Positions 61,230-64,000 of a DNA stretch of 64,000 bases are shown here, one piece after another (the first letter of the stretch is position 1; each line of letters opens with the position of its first letter). Position numbers and translations under genes: made by a program. The stretch is taken from assembly GCA_025360015.1 (NCBI GenBank), contig JANYCZ010000049.1, positions 41,793 through 105,792 on the forward strand, given 5' to 3'. The notes below the pieces were generated by a model. That model ran no database searches. It was not told the DNA's origin and was given only the letters and a program-made list of their open reading frames with translations. The DNA is from Verrucomicrobiota bacterium (lineage in GTDB: Bacteria > Verrucomicrobiota > Verrucomicrobiia > Verrucomicrobiales > Verrucomicrobiaceae).

Positions 61230-61787
61230 TCAGACAGCAGGGCCTTTGAGGCGCAGAATCTTGACGGCCGAGACCAGAATCGTCCCGCAGAACACCAGAC
61301 GAATGGCGCTGAAGACAAACCCCTTGCTGAGTACGGCCTCACCCCGCAGCACATCCAGCAGATAGCCGCCGATGTGAAACGTGGCGGCAAGGCTGGCGAG
61401 GATCAGCAAAGGACAGGCGATCTTGAGCGCCCGGGCACCGCCGACAAGGTAGCCACCGCCCGCAAAACTCGCCGCGCAAAGCACGGCGCTGGCGAGTTCC
61501 AGCCTCCCCTCCCCGTATTTCAGCCAGACGGGCAGCACCAGGGAAACTCCGAAAAGGCACCACAGCGTCATCAGAATGGCCGGAATCAGCAGCCGGGTTT
61601 GCCACACCCCCAGTTCCGCCTGCCAGCGTTTTCTGTCCTGCACCGCAGCCAGTTGCGTCTTGCACGTGGCGATTTGTTCGCCCGTCAGCACTTTGCCCTT
61701 GGTCCTGTGGCTCCAGCAGGAGGTGCAGAAGTCCTCGTGAAAATCCACGTTTTCCCCGCAGTGGGCGCATTTTTGTCGTGGCTTCAT
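61230..61787 (-). CDS. Membrane protein with N-terminal zinc ribbon
   Basis: CAHC...CTSC followed by four hydrophobic segments. Confidence 0.7.
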   Translation of the reverse strand: MKPRQKCAHCGENVDFHEDFCTSCWSHRTKGKVLTGEQIATCKTQLAAVQDRKRWQAELGVWQTRLLIPAILMTLWCLFGVSLVLPVWLKYGEGRLELASAVLCAASFAGGGYLVGGARALKIACPLLILASLAATFHIGGYLLDVLRGEAVLSKGFVFSAIRLVFCGTILVSAVKILRLKGPAV

Positions 61788-61921
61788 CAATCGTTTTCCA
61801 AGGTTCTGCCTCAACAGTCAAGCCATGCTCGGGTATCCGCTGCGGAAAACGCAGGCATTTTCATCTCCGTTGCTTTCCACCCTTGCCATCCTGCGTCTGT
61901 CTCCATACTCTCGCGCCCACT

Positions 61922-62230
61922 ATGAGCGAAAAATCACCTGTGAACTGGGAAAAGCTGGAGGCCAAGCCGGAATTCCGCGCACTGCTCGCCCGCAAATCGC
62001 GCTTCATCATCCCGGCCACGATCTTCTTCCTGATCTACTACCTCGCCCTGCCCATCCTGGTGGGCTACTGCCCCGAGTTGATGAAGAAGAAAGTCTGGGG
62101 CGAAGTCAATATCGCCTACGTCTTCGCTCTGTCACAGTTCTTCATGGCTTGGATCATGGCCTTCCTCTACGTGCGCGTCGCCTCGAAGTGGGACAAAGCC
62201 GCCGCCGCCGTCATTCACGGTCAGGAGTAA
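61922..62230 (+). CDS. DUF485 (YjcH-like) inner membrane protein
   Basis: EFRALLARKSRF, SQFFMAWIMAFLYVRVA; directly upstream of actP. Confidence 0.88.
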   Translation: MSEKSPVNWEKLEAKPEFRALLARKSRFIIPATIFFLIYYLALPILVGYCPELMKKKVWGEVNIAYVFALSQFFMAWIMAFLYVRVASKWDKAAAAVIHGQE

Positions 62231-62286
62231 GCAAGCCCGAGCGCCACCACAGCATCTTCCCCTTCAATTCGTCTCCCTCCTTTTCG

Positions 62287-63861
62287 ATGAACATTCCTCT
62301 GATCATGTTTCTGGCCTTTGTCGGCCTCACGCTCGTCATCACCTTCTGGGCAGCCAAGAAGAACACCGGTGCCAGCGCCTACTTCGCCGCTGGTCGCAGC
62401 ATCACCGGCTGGCAGAACGGCCTCGCCGTCGCCGGCGACTACATGAGCGCCGCCTCCTTCCTCGGCATCTCCGGCATGATCTGCTTCTACGGTTACGATG
62501 GCTTCATGTACTCCGTCGGCTTCCTGGTCGCCTACATCACCGTGCTCCTCGTCGTGGCTGAGCCCCTGCGCAACGCTGGCAAATACACCATGGCCGATCT
62601 GCTCGCCTATCGCCTCAAGCCCCGTCCGGTGCGTGCGCTCGCTTCCCTCAGCACGCTGACCGTTTCCACCTTCTACATGATCGCGCAGATGGTCGGTGCG
62701 GGCGTCATCATCCAGCGTCTCATCGGTCTCGACTTCGCACCTGCGGTCATTGGTGTGGGCGTGCTGATGCTCGTCTATGTCGTCTTCGGTGGCATGCTGG
62801 CCACCACCTGGGTGCAGATCATCAAGGCCCTGCTGCTCATCGCCGGTGCCATGCTGCTCAGCTATCTGGTCCTGCAGTATCACCACTTCAGCTTCAACGA
62901 ATTCTTCAACGCCGTTTCCAAAGCGGACTACGCCGGAACCACAGCGCCGAAAAACCTCATGGAGCCCGGCCTCAAGTTCGGCGTCGCCGTGGCAGGCCCG
63001 TGGGGTCCGCTGGATCTCATCTCACTCGGCCTCGGCCTCGTGCTCGGCACCGCCGGTCTGCCGCACATCTTGGTGCGCTTCTACACCGTGCCAGATGCCA
63101 AGACCGCCCGCGCCAGCGTCGTCTGGGCCATGGCCATCATCGGCCTGTTCTACATTATGACGACCTTCTTCGGCTTCGGTGCCGCCACCATCCTCAAGCA
63201 GTCGCTCATCACCACCGCCGCAGGCAAACCGGACACCAACATGGTCGCGCCGATCCTCGCCCAGGTGCTCGGCGGGGAGTTCTTCTTCGCCTTCATCAGC
63301 GCCGTCGCCTTCGCCACCATCCTCGCCGTCGTTGCCGGTCTCACCATGAGCGCCAGCGCCAGCTTTGCGCACGACTTCTATTCCAACGTCATCCATCACG
63401 GCGAAGAAAACCGCCCGGGCATGGAAGTGAAAGTCGCACGCATCACCGCTTTCTGTGTCGGTGCCATCAGTATCAGCATCGCCATCTATCTCGGCCCCAG
63501 TGTCAACGCCGCCTTCCTTGTCGGCCTCGCCTTCGCCGTCGCCGCCAGCGCGAATCTGCCCGTCATCATCTTCAGTGTCTTTTGGAAGCGCTTCAACACC
63601 TCGGGAGCCGTGGCCGGACTCAGCATCGGACTCATCTCCTCCATCGTTCTGATCATGCTTAGCCCGAACGGCATTTTCGGCAAAGCCGGTGCCATCTTCC
63701 CTCTCGAAAACCCCGGCATCGTCAGCATCCCCATGGGTTTCATCGCCGCCTGGCTTGGCACCATTCTCACCGCACGTGATCCTGAAGCCGAAGCCAAGTT
63801 CGCCGAACTCACCGTCCGCGCCCACACCGGCCTTGGCGCTGAGAAGGCGACCTCGCATTGA
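62287..63861 (+). CDS. actP: Cation/acetate symporter (solute:sodium symporter family)
   Basis: GWQNGLAVAGDYMSAASFLG, AEPLRNAGKYTMAD, GTAGLPHILVRFYTVPDA. Confidence 0.92.
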   Translation: MNIPLIMFLAFVGLTLVITFWAAKKNTGASAYFAAGRSITGWQNGLAVAGDYMSAASFLGISGMICFYGYDGFMYSVGFLVAYITVLLVVAEPLRNAGKYTMADLLAYRLKPRPVRALASLSTLTVSTFYMIAQMVGAGVIIQRLIGLDFAPAVIGVGVLMLVYVVFGGMLATTWVQIIKALLLIAGAMLLSYLVLQYHHFSFNEFFNAVSKADYAGTTAPKNLMEPGLKFGVAVAGPWGPLDLISLGLGLVLGTAGLPHILVRFYTVPDAKTARASVVWAMAIIGLFYIMTTFFGFGAATILKQSLITTAAGKPDTNMVAPILAQVLGGEFFFAFISAVAFATILAVVAGLTMSASASFAHDFYSNVIHHGEENRPGMEVKVARITAFCVGAISISIAIYLGPSVNAAFLVGLAFAVAASANLPVIIFSVFWKRFNTSGAVAGLSIGLISSIVLIMLSPNGIFGKAGAIFPLENPGIVSIPMGFIAAWLGTILTARDPEAEAKFAELTVRAHTGLGAEKATSH

Positions 63862-63873
63862 TGCTTCGTCGCA

Positions 63874-64000
63874 TCACAGTCCCGGACTGCTCTGCATGAT
63901 GCCGCCATCCGCGAAAACGGTGGTGGCTGTCAGGTAGCTGGCACCGTCGCCAGCCAAAAAGGCAACGAGGTTGGCAATCTCCTCTGGTCTTGCCACGCGC
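63874..64000 (-). CDS. SDR oxidoreductase C-terminus (partial)
   Basis: RVARPEEIANLVAFLAGDGASYLTATTVFADGGIMQSSPGL*. Confidence 0.85.
   Translation of the reverse strand, partial: RVARPEEIANLVAFLAGDGASYLTATTVFADGGIMQSSPGL

Overview
GC-rich bacterial chromosome segment. The gene content (DUF1549/DUF1553 and DUF1501 proteins, a PVC-type heme-binding dehydrogenase, PQQ-repeat, DUF1080 and sulfatase genes) suggests the PVC superphylum, most likely Verrucomicrobia; this is an inference. Housekeeping genes: alaS (partial), pyrE, an lptF/G-type permease, nuoB-nuoC, dnaK, groES-groEL, mnmG, pdhA, holA, tRNA-His, rnc and actP. They are interspersed with exported proteins of unknown function, three type II toxin-antitoxin modules (one with a dead toxin) and patches of small, lower-GC genes. 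Most notable signals read from the DNA: (1) two parS-like palindromes, one encoding part of an insertion loop inside mnmG; (2) a perfect Rex operator in front of a stand-alone nuoBC pair; (3) a sigma54-like box preceded by two adjacent dyads upstream of dnaK; (4) tandem paralogous Gly/His/Tyr-rich secreted peptides sharing a gapless conserved 60-bp upstream element; (5) several REP/REPIN-like palindrome families, including a 215-bp element bounded by a 16-bp duplication; (6) three genes each broken by one in-frame stop with no frameshift. No CRISPR array, rRNA, transposase or integrase was found. Family names come from motif recognition, not from database searches.
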